Source: Bacteroidales bacterium
GTDB lineage: Bacteria > Bacteroidota > Bacteroidia > Bacteroidales > UBA932
Length of the DNA: 64,000 nucleotides
Assembly (NCBI GenBank): GCA_017400135.1
Contig: JAFPVJ010000022.1
Span: 20,433 to 84,432 of the forward strand
Direction of reading: 5' to 3'
Shown: in pieces, positions 46,506-55,970 of the stretch
How positions within the stretch are numbered: the stretch's first letter is position 1
Layout of the letters: each line of letters begins with the position of its first letter
Made by a program: the position numbers and the translations under genes
Notes under the pieces: generated by a model
Seen by the model: only the letters and a program-made list of their open reading frames with translations
The model's database searches: none
What the model was told of the DNA's origin: nothing

Positions 46506-48908
46506 TTACAGGCCCCAGTCGGAGGCCTTGTAGCTGTCTTTGGGCGCATCCGGGACATTGGGGAAGAAGGTCAGTCCCGTCAGGCTCTCGATGTAGCTGA
46601 CAGAATACATATCCTGTGAGGATGGCTTGTGACCGGCATTGCTGCGATGCGTCAAGATGAAGCCAACACATTTCAACTCATCGGAGGTACACTCGTCCAC
46701 CCGTTTGCCCGTACTGCCGTTCTTGGTCCGGAGTAGGACTTTGTACCAGGCTGTCGGGACCTGGAAGGTGCCGGCACTGCCCGAACCGGTTTTCTTGGCA
46801 ACGGTTGTACCGTAGCGGTCGGTGAAAGTCTCAAAGATACAGCCGATCACCTGATACAGCGTATCGGCACACCACTGCTCGTCCACCAAGGATTCCAGAT
46901 TGTTCCAAGCCCCTCCTCCGGTATTGAAACCGCTCTGGAGTTGGGCTCCGATGTTGGAATAGTAGAACACCTGCCGGTTCGTCGGCTTCGAAACAGTCCG
47001 GTCGGACGAACCGAGCATATGCCCACGCGTATAGCCGTCGAACTTGCCGGTCTGCTCGCAGGAGATGGCCGGGTCATTCTTATAGGAATCGTTCCTGCCG
47101 GAACTGCCGGTATAGGAAGTATGCATCGGAGCTGCCACCCAGACCGGATGCTTCATGCTCTTGGAATAGCAGGCCGAGAAATTGCGGATCGACGAGGCGT
47201 CGGCGCGCATGGTCCAGGAATAATAATAGTCTGGATTGTCGTCGTCGATGCCGTTGTGGTCCACATCCTTCTGAGCGGGCAGTTCGAACCAGCCGCGTCC
47301 GCCGCTGCCGGGACTTTCGCTTGCCGTACGGAAATTCTTCAGCGTTCCGACATAGGTGATCCCATCAACGACAATATAAGGCTGGTAGTAGTAGAGCGTG
47401 CCCTCTTCCAATCCTGTCAGTTCGGCGGTGAAGGTACCGCTCTGGGCCAGGGCGTCCGTCGTACGTACCGTGGAGCCGAGGGATTCGGTCTTGCCATATT
47501 TGAATCCCGCCTGCGAAGGCGTCGAAGTGATGCTCTGGTAGGAGGCCGTCAAGCGGGCGGATGTCGTATTGCGGGACAGGACATTGGAGGATGTGATGGC
47601 AGTTTCCTCCTGCTGGCCGTCGCCGGACGGGCCGCGGAAGAGGGTCGCCTGGGAGCCCGTTTCGCCCGTATACGTCCTGAATCCATTGGTACCGTTCAGT
47701 CTCAGGATACGGGAAGGATACTGGGCCAGTTTGATCTTGACCAGTTTTCCATCCGTATCATACTCGAAGGTCCACAGGAAATCCGCACTGGAAGATGTAG
47801 GCGCCGAAGTCGCCGTCTTGATGCCGTCATTAGAGTTCGTCGATCCCAGATAGTTGCCATTGGCGAACTTCAGGGAATAGTACTCCGTACCGGAAACCTT
47901 GGCAACGGTGACCTCATACTCCTTGGTCGTGGACGTCCGTGCGATCTTGCCGTTGGAAACCGAGACCGGCACATTGCCCAGCCACTTGCTGGTCACCGTC
48001 CCGTTCGCCGCGTATGCATCACCCGCCACAATCAGGTAACGGCCGGACCAATCGTCATATTCCTGGTTCACCTTGACATACTCGTCGGCTTCCTGTGTCC
48101 GCCATTTGCTCTCCGGAATGGAGAACGACCCGAGACTGATGTTTTCGTTGCGGTCCAGGTAGAGGGAAATGGGATTGGAATAGGAAGCCGTGGCGCCGTT
48201 CTTGTCGGTGAACACGATCTTCAGTCCGCTGAAAGACCCGGGCAGCACGACGGCATAATAGGTCTGGCCTGAACTGAATGTTCCGGACAGGGTCACGGAA
48301 TTGTAGGCATCGTCCGCGTAGGCCTCCACGGAAGGAGCTCCTTCCGCGTCCATCATCAGGGCCGCCCGGCCGCTCATCGCATCGCCGGATGCGCTGATCT
48401 TCACGCTCTTGACCGTATGCGACGTGCTGAAGGTGAAGGACAGCAAGCCGCCGATATTGCGGAAAAACAGGTCTCCGCCCATCTCCGTATATGCGACGGC
48501 CGGATTGGCTCCAGGTCCGAAGGAACCGGCCACCGCCGTCTGCTCCGACGGGAGCGTGGCCACCAGGGTCTCCCCTTCATCTTCAAGGACCGCTTCCGCC
48601 TGGTAGGGATACAGAGCGAGATAATACTGGTCCGCCGGCGCCATGCCGGAGAAAGTGGCCGTCGCACCTGCAGCCGCCGTGTTGGAAAAACGGTTGTTGG
48701 ATGCAGAAGATTTATCAAAAACACTGATTTCGTCGGAAGAACTCCATAGTATGGACCGGTGGTCGCTCCCCAGGGAAGTCCGCGTCAGGGCATCCGTTTC
48801 GGTATAGGCACGGAATTGCATCTCGCGGACCGTACCTACAGGCTCGGTTTGCGAACAGGATCCAAAGACCGACAGCACGGTCAGCAGGGATAACATCAAT
48901 CTTTTCAT
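46506..48908 (-). CDS. Lipoprotein: type V pilin (fimbrillin-like) domain + FN3-like domain + DNA/RNA non-specific endonuclease
   Basis: Lipobox FGSC; TRT then W...DEISVF, ALYPY, YYAVVLPG pilin motifs; LTGLEEGTLYYY; TRGHML, SNIGAQ..FN...WNNLE, VPTAWYKVLL nuclease motifs. Confidence 0.87.
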   Translation of the reverse strand: MKRLMLSLLTVLSVFGSCSQTEPVGTVREMQFRAYTETDALTRTSLGSDHRSILWSSSDEISVFDKSSASNNRFSNTAAAGATATFSGMAPADQYYLALYPYQAEAVLEDEGETLVATLPSEQTAVAGSFGPGANPAVAYTEMGGDLFFRNIGGLLSFTFSTSHTVKSVKISASGDAMSGRAALMMDAEGAPSVEAYADDAYNSVTLSGTFSSGQTYYAVVLPGSFSGLKIVFTDKNGATASYSNPISLYLDRNENISLGSFSIPESKWRTQEADEYVKVNQEYDDWSGRYLIVAGDAYAANGTVTSKWLGNVPVSVSNGKIARTSTTKEYEVTVAKVSGTEYYSLKFANGNYLGSTNSNDGIKTATSAPTSSSADFLWTFEYDTDGKLVKIKLAQYPSRILRLNGTNGFRTYTGETGSQATLFRGPSGDGQQEETAITSSNVLSRNTTSARLTASYQSITSTPSQAGFKYGKTESLGSTVRTTDALAQSGTFTAELTGLEEGTLYYYQPYIVVDGITYVGTLKNFRTASESPGSGGRGWFELPAQKDVDHNGIDDDNPDYYYSWTMRADASSIRNFSACYSKSMKHPVWVAAPMHTSYTGSSGRNDSYKNDPAISCEQTGKFDGYTRGHMLGSSDRTVSKPTNRQVFYYSNIGAQLQSGFNTGGGAWNNLESLVDEQWCADTLYQVIGCIFETFTDRYGTTVAKKTGSGSAGTFQVPTAWYKVLLRTKNGSTGKRVDECTSDELKCVGFILTHRSNAGHKPSSQDMYSVSYIESLTGLTFFPNVPDAPKDSYKASDWGL

Positions 48909-48919
48909 AGCCGTCCTCC

Positions 48920-49051
48920 TCATTCCCAATCATCCTGACCTTCAAACTCGCCACCCTCCGAGAAGGATTCGCCCGACCCGCTCGTACACAGGGTGAGCTG
49001 CTCCTCCACTTCAAGGACGGACAAGTCCGGCTGCATGTAAGGGTATTTCAT
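48920..49051 (-). CDS. 43-aa peptide MKYPYMQPDLSVLEVEEQLTLCTSGSGESFSEGGEFEGQDDWE
   Basis: ATG 49051 to TGA 48920 fills the gap between xylA and the nuclease gene (19 and 11 nt spacers); YxxPxL...LCxS pattern. Confidence 0.75.
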   Translation of the reverse strand: MKYPYMQPDLSVLEVEEQLTLCTSGSGESFSEGGEFEGQDDWE

Positions 49052-49070
49052 GGTTGCAGTGAAAACCGGA

Positions 49071-50378
49071 TCAGATATACATATTGACGATAGTCTCAAG
49101 CAGCTCCTGCTTGCCGGAGGTCTGCTTCGGCTCGCCCTTGCCCTTGGCGTAGGCGACGGCATCCTCGAGGGTCAGTTTTCCCTCCTCAAAATCCTTGCCG
49201 ATGCCGCTGTCGTAGGAGGCATAGCGCTCCTTGAGCATCGCGGGCAGCTCGGACTTCTCCAGGATGTCGGCGGCGGCGATCAGGGCCCGCGCCATGCTGT
49301 CCATGCCGCTGATATGGGCGATCAGGATGTCCTCCAGGTCGGTGGAGTTGCGGCGGGTCTTGGCGTCGAAGTTGGATCCGCCCACCAGACCGCCGGCGCG
49401 GATGATGACCATCATCGCCTGGGTCAGCTCATAAATGTCGATCGGGAACTGGTCGGTGTCCCAGCCGTTCTGGTAATCGCCGCGGTTAGCGTCGATCGAG
49501 CCCAGCAGGCCCGCGTCGGCGGCGCACTGCAGTTCGTGCTCGAAGGTGTGGCCCGCCAGGGTGGCGTGGTTAACCTCGATGTTGATCTTGAAATCCTTGT
49601 CCAGGCCGTGAGCGCGGAGGAAACCGATCACGGTCTCCGTGTCCGTGTCGTACTGGTGCTTGGTCGGCTCCATCGGCTTCGGCTCGATCAGGAAGGTGCC
49701 CTTGAAGCCCTTGCTGCGGGCGTAGTCGCGCGCCATGCGCAACATCGTGGCCAGATGCTCCTTTTCCCGCTTCATGTCGGTGTTGAGCAGGCTCATGTAG
49801 CCCTCGCGGCCGCCCCAGAAGACATAGCACTCGCCCCCGAGCGCGATCGTGGCGTCCAGCGCGTTCTTGATCTGCACCATCGCGCGCGCCGCGACATCGA
49901 AGTCGGGGTTGGTGGCGGCGCCGTTCATGTAGCGCTTGTGGCCGAAGACGTTGGCCGTGCCCCAGAGCAGCTTGATGCCGGTCGCAGCCTGCTTCTCCTT
50001 GAGGTAGGCGACCACTTCCTTGAGATTCGCCTCATATTCTTCTATGGTCGCGGCTTCGTCCACCAGGTCCACGTCGTGGAAGCAATAGTAGCCGATGCCC
50101 AGCTTCTGCATGATCTCGAAACCCGCGTCCACCTTGTGCTTGGCGCGCTCGATGGCCGTCGCCCCCTCGTTCCAGGGGAATTGCTTGGTGCCGGGACCGA
50201 ACTGGTCGCTGCCTTCGGCGCAGAGCGTGTGCCACCAGCACATCGCGAACTTGAACCAATCCTTCATGGGACGGCCGGCGACGATGCGCTCGGGCTCGTA
50301 ATAATGGAACGCCCTGGGGTTCTTGGATTCCTTGCCCTCAAAGGGGATCTTTCCGAAATCGGGGAAATATTCTTTCAT
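49071..50378 (-). CDS. xylA: Xylose isomerase (class II)
   Basis: [51 protein letters not shown]. Confidence 0.97.
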   Translation of the reverse strand: MKEYFPDFGKIPFEGKESKNPRAFHYYEPERIVAGRPMKDWFKFAMCWWHTLCAEGSDQFGPGTKQFPWNEGATAIERAKHKVDAGFEIMQKLGIGYYCFHDVDLVDEAATIEEYEANLKEVVAYLKEKQAATGIKLLWGTANVFGHKRYMNGAATNPDFDVAARAMVQIKNALDATIALGGECYVFWGGREGYMSLLNTDMKREKEHLATMLRMARDYARSKGFKGTFLIEPKPMEPTKHQYDTDTETVIGFLRAHGLDKDFKINIEVNHATLAGHTFEHELQCAADAGLLGSIDANRGDYQNGWDTDQFPIDIYELTQAMMVIIRAGGLVGGSNFDAKTRRNSTDLEDILIAHISGMDSMARALIAAADILEKSELPAMLKERYASYDSGIGKDFEEGKLTLEDAVAYAKGKGEPKQTSGKQELLETIVNMYI

Positions 50379-50383
50379 AGTGT

Positions 50384-51859
50384 CTATAGATTTTTATTCA
50401 ACAATTCTTTCCAGTTCTCGTAGGCTTCCTCGAGCGGAGCTTTCCACTCGGCGCGAGGCAGGACTTCCTCCACCCGTTCCAGCGTGGCGAAGGCATCGGC
50501 TGGTGAGGCGTAGAATCCGGCGCCCAGCGCACCGCCACGGGCCGCACCCAGCGAACCGTCAGTGTCGTACAGCTGGATGTCAGCGTCGCACAGGGTCGCG
50601 AGGGTCTCGCGGAAGAGCGGGCTGAGGAAGAGATTCGCCTTGCCGGCGCGGATGACCTGCAGGTCCAGGCCGAGGTCGCGCATGATGTCGATGCCGTAGC
50701 GGAAGGAGAACGCGATGCCCTCCTGTGTGGCACGCAGCAGATGCTGACTGCCGTGGCGGACCAGGTCCAGGCCGGACAGGGCCGCCCCGATGTTGCGGTT
50801 GCCCAGTACGCGCTCCGCGCCGTTGCCGAACGGGAGAATCAGCAACCCGTCGCAACCGGCAGGTGCCTTCTCGGCCAGTTCGTCCATCTCGGCATAGCTC
50901 ATGCCGGACGCCACCTCGCGGTGCATCCAGCTGTTGAGGATGCCGGTGCCGTTGATGCAGAGCAGCACGCCGTAGCGGTGCGCATCCGGGCGGTCATTGA
51001 CATGCAGGAAGGTGTTGACGCGGCTCTGCGCGTCGGCCTTGGGCACGTCGGTTACGCCGTATACGACCCCGCTGGTACCGCCCGTGGCTGCGACTTCGCC
51101 GGGCTCCAGGACATTGAGGGAGAAGGCGTTGTTGGGCTGGTCTCCGGCCCGGTACGCGATCGGGGTGCCCGCAGGAATCCCCAGCATGGCTTCGACCGCC
51201 TCATTGGTATAGGCCGCGACCCCGATCGAAGGGACCGTCTCCGGTATGAGGGCCGGATCGATGCCGTAGTATTCGGCGACGAAATCGGCCCTCCGGGCCT
51301 CCTTGAAGTCCCAGAGAATCTGCTCCGACAGGCCGGTCGCCGTCGTGGCGACCTCTCCGCTGAGCTTGTAGACGATGTAATCGCCCGGCAGCATGAACTT
51401 CCACACCTTGGCATACTTCTCCGGCTCGTTGCGTTTCACCCAGGCCAGTTTGCTGGCGGTGAAGTTGCCGGGGGAATTGAGCAGGTGCTCCATGCACTTT
51501 TCATATCCGATGCCCGCGAGGGCCTCGGCGCCGATCTCCACGGCCCGGCTGTCACACCAGATGATGGAATCCCGAATGGGACGGACCTTCCGGTCCACGG
51601 CGACGAGACCGTGCATCTGGTAGGTAATGCCGATGCAGGCGACGTCTCCCATCTTGTAATCGCCGGACATCTCCAGGATGCCGTCGCGGATATATCCCCA
51701 CCACATCTCGGGATCCTGCTCCGCCCAGCCCTTCTGCGGGGAGCGGATCGGAGCCTCGGTCCGGGGGTTCGTGACGGATTTGACGCATTTGCCGGAGGCG
51801 ATGTCCAGCAGGGAAACTTTGACGGATGAAGATCCGATATCGATACCGAGAGAATACAT
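50384..51859 (-). CDS. xylB: Xylulokinase (FGGY family)
   Basis: [37 protein letters not shown]; adjacent to xylA; start at ATG 51859. Confidence 0.93.
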   Translation of the reverse strand: MYSLGIDIGSSSVKVSLLDIASGKCVKSVTNPRTEAPIRSPQKGWAEQDPEMWWGYIRDGILEMSGDYKMGDVACIGITYQMHGLVAVDRKVRPIRDSIIWCDSRAVEIGAEALAGIGYEKCMEHLLNSPGNFTASKLAWVKRNEPEKYAKVWKFMLPGDYIVYKLSGEVATTATGLSEQILWDFKEARRADFVAEYYGIDPALIPETVPSIGVAAYTNEAVEAMLGIPAGTPIAYRAGDQPNNAFSLNVLEPGEVAATGGTSGVVYGVTDVPKADAQSRVNTFLHVNDRPDAHRYGVLLCINGTGILNSWMHREVASGMSYAEMDELAEKAPAGCDGLLILPFGNGAERVLGNRNIGAALSGLDLVRHGSQHLLRATQEGIAFSFRYGIDIMRDLGLDLQVIRAGKANLFLSPLFRETLATLCDADIQLYDTDGSLGAARGGALGAGFYASPADAFATLERVEEVLPRAEWKAPLEEAYENWKELLNKNL

Positions 51860-51884
51860 ATCTGTTAGGTTTGACATATCTTGA

Positions 51885-51934
51885 CAAATTTACGAAAACA
51901 ATCCGTCATTACAAGCGAAAAAACACTACCTTTG
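51885..51934. promoter_or_regulatory. Divergent -7 elements for xylB (51885-51892, -) and GH2 (51927-51934, +)
   Basis: caaattta and tacctttg. Confidence 0.65.
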
Positions 51935-51946
51935 TACACCTAAAAA

Positions 51947-54727
51947 ATGACGATCATGATCGGAAAACAGTCCATTATGGCGGCAATGGCCGCCGCACTT
52001 GTCTTAGCCGCCGCAGCGGCCGTCCCCGTATCCGCCCGGAAAGGCGATCCCGTCTTCAGCGCCGCATCCTCCCGTCTGAGCAAGACGGCCCCGCAGGACC
52101 GCGACTATGAGCAGGTTCTTTCCTCCGTCAAGGAGCACGGCGGTCCCTGCGTCTGGAAGATGCAGCAGATCGGAAAAGTAACCGACGCACCCGAGAAGGT
52201 CTCGGCACCCGGCTACGACGTCTCCGGCTGGATGGACGCCATCGTCCCCGGCACGGTCCTCCACTCGCTGGTCGAGAACGGCGTCTATCCCGATCCGTAC
52301 CACGGCGATAACAACCGGCTGGACAAGGGACTGATTCCGGATCTTGCGAAGGCGGGACGCGATTTCTACGCCTACTGGTTCCGCACGACGCTCTCCTTCC
52401 CCGGTGAGAAAGATCCCGGCAAGTTCACCTGGCTGCAGTTCGACGGCGTCAACTACCACACCGAAGTCTGGATCAACGGCCGCCTCGTGACCACCTGGTC
52501 CGGCATGTTCTGGCAGGAGAAAGTGGACATTTCCGAATTCATCCGTCCCGGTGAGGAGAACGTCCTTGCCGTCAAGGTGCTGCCCATCGATTCCCCCGGT
52601 ACGCTGATGAGCCGCAGCTGGGGCCCCCGCAACGAGTTCCACAACGGCGGCGACGGCTGGATCGGCCGCAACGTCTGCATGCTGATGACCGCGGGCTGGG
52701 ACTTCACCTTCTACGACGGCGTCCGCGACCGCAACACCGGCATCTGGAAGGATGTCAAGGTCTATACGACCCGCGAAGCGGCGCTCGAATCCCCCTTCGT
52801 GCGTTCGGAGCTGAGCCACCCCGGCTATGACACGGCCCGGGAGACCGTTTCCTTGGAGGTGCGCAACAACACCATGGGCAACCTGGACCTCACGGTCGAG
52901 GGCGAGATCGAGGGCACCGGCATCAAGTTCTCCAAGGAGGTCTCGCTCGTCCGCAAGGAAAAGCAGGAGATCGTCTTCACGCCGGAGGACTTTCCCCAGC
53001 TCGTGATCCGCAACCCCAAGCTCTGGTGGCCAGTCAACAAGGGGCCTCAGAACCTGTACAACCTGACCGTGCGCGCCGTCATCCGCGGCACCACCGTGGA
53101 CCAGGTCAAACTGCGTTTCGGCATCCGTGAAGTGCGGGCCGACCGCAACACGCCGGACCAGTCCAAGACCTTCTATGTCAACGGGAAGCAGGTATTCATC
53201 CAGGGCACCAACTGGATTCCGGAGGCCATGTGCCGCAGCAACGACAAGCGCATGTACGCCGAGCTGCGCTACACGGCCCAGACCGGCATCAACATGCTGC
53301 GCCTCTGGGGCGGCGGCATCACCGAGTCCGACTATTTCTATTCGCTCTGCGACGAACTGGGCATCCTCGTATGGGAGGAATTCTGGATGACCGGAGACAC
53401 CCAGCACCCCGTCGACCAGGGCCTCTACCTGAAGAACGTCGCCTCGGCCGTCAAGCGCACGCGTACGCACCCCTGCCTGGCTTTCTATGTCTCCTCCAAC
53501 GAGTCCACCTACACCCAGGGTGCCCCGGAGCTCATCCAGGCCCTGGACGGGACGCTCCCCTACCAGATGCAGAGCGAATGCGACGGCATCCACGACGGCA
53601 GCCCCTACAAGCAGGTCAACCCGATGTCCTATTATGAGAACACCGCTTCCGAGCGCGGCAGCCGCATCGACGGTTTCAATCCCGAATACGGCGCCCCCTG
53701 CCTCCCGACCGCCGAATGCCTGAAGGAGATGATGGATGCGAAGGATCTCTGGCCCATCAACAAGGAAGTCTGGGATTATATGGACGGCAACGGATTCGAC
53801 AAGATGACCACGCTCTACAAGGAGCTCACCGACCAGTACGGCCGTTCCAACGACATCGACGAGTACGCCGAGCGCGGCCAGATGGTCGGCGCCGTCAACT
53901 ACAAGGGCATCGCCGAGGTCTGGCGCTACAACAAGCTGGGCTGGGGCGACCGCTTCACTTCCGGCTATCTGTTCTGGTATCACAACAGCCCGAACCCGCA
54001 GGTCCAGGGCCGCATGTGGGACTGGACGCTGGAGCCGACCGCGGCCCTGTTCGCCCTGGCCAACGCTACCGAACCCGTTCATCCGCAGTTCGATTTCATC
54101 AAGAACACGGTGTCTGTCTCCAATGAGACCTTCCGGTCCTACACTGGCTGCAAACTGACGGTCGAGGTCATCGACGTGCTCGGGCGCAAGCTCTGGAACG
54201 CCGAGGAGCGCGTCAACGTGCCCGAGGATGCGACGGTCTGCGACATCCTGAAGGTCAAGTTCCCGCTGGACGTCTATCCCGTCCACTTCATCAAGCTCCG
54301 CCTGTTCGACGTCGCCGGACAGCAGATCGGCAGCAACTTCTACTGGCGTTCCACCGACAAGTACCGCGGTGCCAACACGGTCAGCGGGCCCTGCGCGGCC
54401 AGTTTCAACGCCATCAACCAGTTGCCCTGGATCAAGCTCGGCGCCTCGGTTTCTACCGGCAAGGATGCGGTGGGAGAGCATGTGGTCACGGTCAAGCTCC
54501 AGAACAAGACCAAGGGCGTCGCCTTCTTCACCCGCCTGCAGTGGCTGGGACCGGACGGCAAGCCCGTGCGCCCGTCCTTCTACAGCGACAATTTCTTCAG
54601 CCTGATGCCCGGAGAGAGCCGGACGGTCAACATCAACAACGACTGCGCCGACCTGCCCTCCGGGACCTACACCCTGGTCGTCGGCGGTTTCCATCAGAAG
54701 GAGCAGCGCTTCACGGTCAAGATTTGA
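51947..54727 (+). CDS. GH2 glycoside hydrolase (beta-mannosidase/exo-beta-glucosaminidase-like)
   Basis: AIVPGTVL, GWDF...RDRNTGIWKDV, NPKLWWP, NMLRLWGGG, SSNES, NPEYG, SDNFFSLMPGE. Confidence 0.88.
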   Translation: MTIMIGKQSIMAAMAAALVLAAAAAVPVSARKGDPVFSAASSRLSKTAPQDRDYEQVLSSVKEHGGPCVWKMQQIGKVTDAPEKVSAPGYDVSGWMDAIVPGTVLHSLVENGVYPDPYHGDNNRLDKGLIPDLAKAGRDFYAYWFRTTLSFPGEKDPGKFTWLQFDGVNYHTEVWINGRLVTTWSGMFWQEKVDISEFIRPGEENVLAVKVLPIDSPGTLMSRSWGPRNEFHNGGDGWIGRNVCMLMTAGWDFTFYDGVRDRNTGIWKDVKVYTTREAALESPFVRSELSHPGYDTARETVSLEVRNNTMGNLDLTVEGEIEGTGIKFSKEVSLVRKEKQEIVFTPEDFPQLVIRNPKLWWPVNKGPQNLYNLTVRAVIRGTTVDQVKLRFGIREVRADRNTPDQSKTFYVNGKQVFIQGTNWIPEAMCRSNDKRMYAELRYTAQTGINMLRLWGGGITESDYFYSLCDELGILVWEEFWMTGDTQHPVDQGLYLKNVASAVKRTRTHPCLAFYVSSNESTYTQGAPELIQALDGTLPYQMQSECDGIHDGSPYKQVNPMSYYENTASERGSRIDGFNPEYGAPCLPTAECLKEMMDAKDLWPINKEVWDYMDGNGFDKMTTLYKELTDQYGRSNDIDEYAERGQMVGAVNYKGIAEVWRYNKLGWGDRFTSGYLFWYHNSPNPQVQGRMWDWTLEPTAALFALANATEPVHPQFDFIKNTVSVSNETFRSYTGCKLTVEVIDVLGRKLWNAEERVNVPEDATVCDILKVKFPLDVYPVHFIKLRLFDVAGQQIGSNFYWRSTDKYRGANTVSGPCAASFNAINQLPWIKLGASVSTGKDAVGEHVVTVKLQNKTKGVAFFTRLQWLGPDGKPVRPSFYSDNFFSLMPGESRTVNINNDCADLPSGTYTLVVGGFHQKEQRFTVKI

Positions 54728-54759
54728 TCCGAAGTCTTTGTAATTCGGATATTTATCCC

Positions 54760-54797
54760 TATATTTGCAGCCCTTTGCGGAAAGTCCGCGGAGGGCT
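54760..54797 (+). promoter_or_regulatory. -7 element (54760-54767) and 5' leader hairpin of rpsF-rpsR-rplI
   Basis: tatatttg followed by the stem-loop agccct-tt-gcgga-aag-tccgc-gg-agggct. Confidence 0.6.
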
Positions 54798-54823
54798 TAA
54801 TTATTAATTTATTATCAATCAAA

Positions 54824-55192
54824 ATGTTAAAGCAGTACGAAACCGTTTTCATTGCTACTCCCGTTTTGTCTGATTCCCAGATGAAGGAAGCGGTTGCCAA
54901 GTACACGCAGCTGATCAAAGACAACGGCGGCGAAGTCGTGTACGAAGAGGATTGGGGGCTCAAGCAGCTCGCGTACCCGATCCAGCACAAGACCTCAGGT
55001 TTTTATTACCTGATTGAATTCAAGGCGGACCCTCAGTTCGTCAATGTTCTCGAGACCCAGTATCACCGTGACGAGCGGATCATCCGTTTCCTCACCGTTG
55101 CCCTGGACAAGGACGCCGCGGCTTACGCCGAGAAGAGAAGGGCCGGCAAGACCGCCAAGGCCGCTGAAACCGTAGAAAACAAGGAGGACTAA
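54824..55192 (+). CDS. rpsF: 30S ribosomal protein bS6
   Basis: [24 protein letters not shown]. Confidence 0.97.
   Translation: MLKQYETVFIATPVLSDSQMKEAVAKYTQLIKDNGGEVVYEEDWGLKQLAYPIQHKTSGFYYLIEFKADPQFVNVLETQYHRDERIIRFLTVALDKDAAAYAEKRRAGKTAKAAETVENKED
55181..55187 (+). promoter_or_regulatory. Strong Shine-Dalgarno (AAGGAGG) of rpsR
   Basis: AAGGAGG 8 nt upstream of ATG 55196. Confidence 0.7.
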
Positions 55193-55195
55193 ACC

Positions 55196-55468
55196 ATGGC
55201 AGACAATCAGAACAGCGAGATCCGTTATCTCAACCCTCCGACCGTCGAAGTCAGGAAGAAGAAATACTGCCGCTTCAAGAAAGCGGGCATCAAGTATGTC
55301 GATTACAAGGACCCTGAGTTCCTCAAGAAGTTCCTCAACGAGCAGGGCAAGATCCTTCCCCGCCGTATCACCGGTACTTCCCTGAAGTTCCAGCGCAAGG
55401 TCGCGCAGGCCATCAAGCGCGCGCGTTCCCTCGCTCTCCTTCCCTATGTTACTGACCTTCTTAAATAA
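55196..55468 (+). CDS. rpsR: 30S ribosomal protein bS18
   Basis: [29 protein letters not shown]. Confidence 0.97.
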   Translation: MADNQNSEIRYLNPPTVEVRKKKYCRFKKAGIKYVDYKDPEFLKKFLNEQGKILPRRITGTSLKFQRKVAQAIKRARSLALLPYVTDLLK

Positions 55469-55477
55469 TTGAGCGTT

Positions 55478-55918
55478 ATGAAAATCATCCTGAAGAAAGA
55501 TGTCGCTAACCTCGGCGACGCCGGAGACATCGTAGAGGTCAAGACCGGTTACGCACTCAATTATCTGGTCCCCCAGGGATTCGCCTCCATCGGCACCCCT
55601 TCCGCCATCAAGCAGCACGAAGAGACCATCCGCCAGCGCGCCCACAAGGAGGCCCGCAACATCGCGGAGGCCGAGGCCCGCGCCGCCAAGATCGCCGCGA
55701 CTCCGGTCGAGGTGAAGGTCAAGGTGAGCGAGAGCGGCAAGCTGTACGGCTCCGTGACCGCCATCCAGGTCGCCGAGGCCCTGCAGGCCGCCGGCATCGA
55801 GGCTGAGAAGAAGGACATCACCGTTCCCGAGATCAAGGAATGCGGTGAGTTCGAAGCCAAGGTGAAGTGCTATAAGGGCGTTTTCGCCGACGTCAAGATC
55901 AACGTCGTCGCCGAGTAA
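55478..55918 (+). CDS. rplI: 50S ribosomal protein bL9
   Basis: MKIILKKDVANLG..GDIVEVKTGYALNYLVPQG, GKLYGSVT. Confidence 0.96.
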   Translation: MKIILKKDVANLGDAGDIVEVKTGYALNYLVPQGFASIGTPSAIKQHEETIRQRAHKEARNIAEAEARAAKIAATPVEVKVKVSESGKLYGSVTAIQVAEALQAAGIEAEKKDITVPEIKECGEFEAKVKCYKGVFADVKINVVAE

Positions 55919-55939
55919 TCCCTTTCCTTACCGACAACG

Positions 55940-55969
55940 AAACCGACCCTTCCGAGGGCCGGTTTTTTT
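55940..55969 (+). terminator. Intrinsic terminator after rplI
   Basis: aaaccgaccct-tccg-agggccggttttttt. Confidence 0.85.
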
Positions 55970-55970
55970 G

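Noticed and set aside
51871-51886. Two TTGACA hexamers upstream of xylB as sigma70 -35 boxes
   Set aside because: Bacteroidetes primary sigma uses -33/-7 elements, which are present; no properly spaced TATAAT. An operator role cannot be supported from the sequence alone.
52004-54694. 896-aa antisense ORF (likewise 6425-8749, 9647-11302, 22202-24001, 49050-50423, 57938-60259)
   Set aside because: Shadow ORFs opposite well-supported genes; high third-position GC removes antisense stops, and the translations carry no recognisable motifs.
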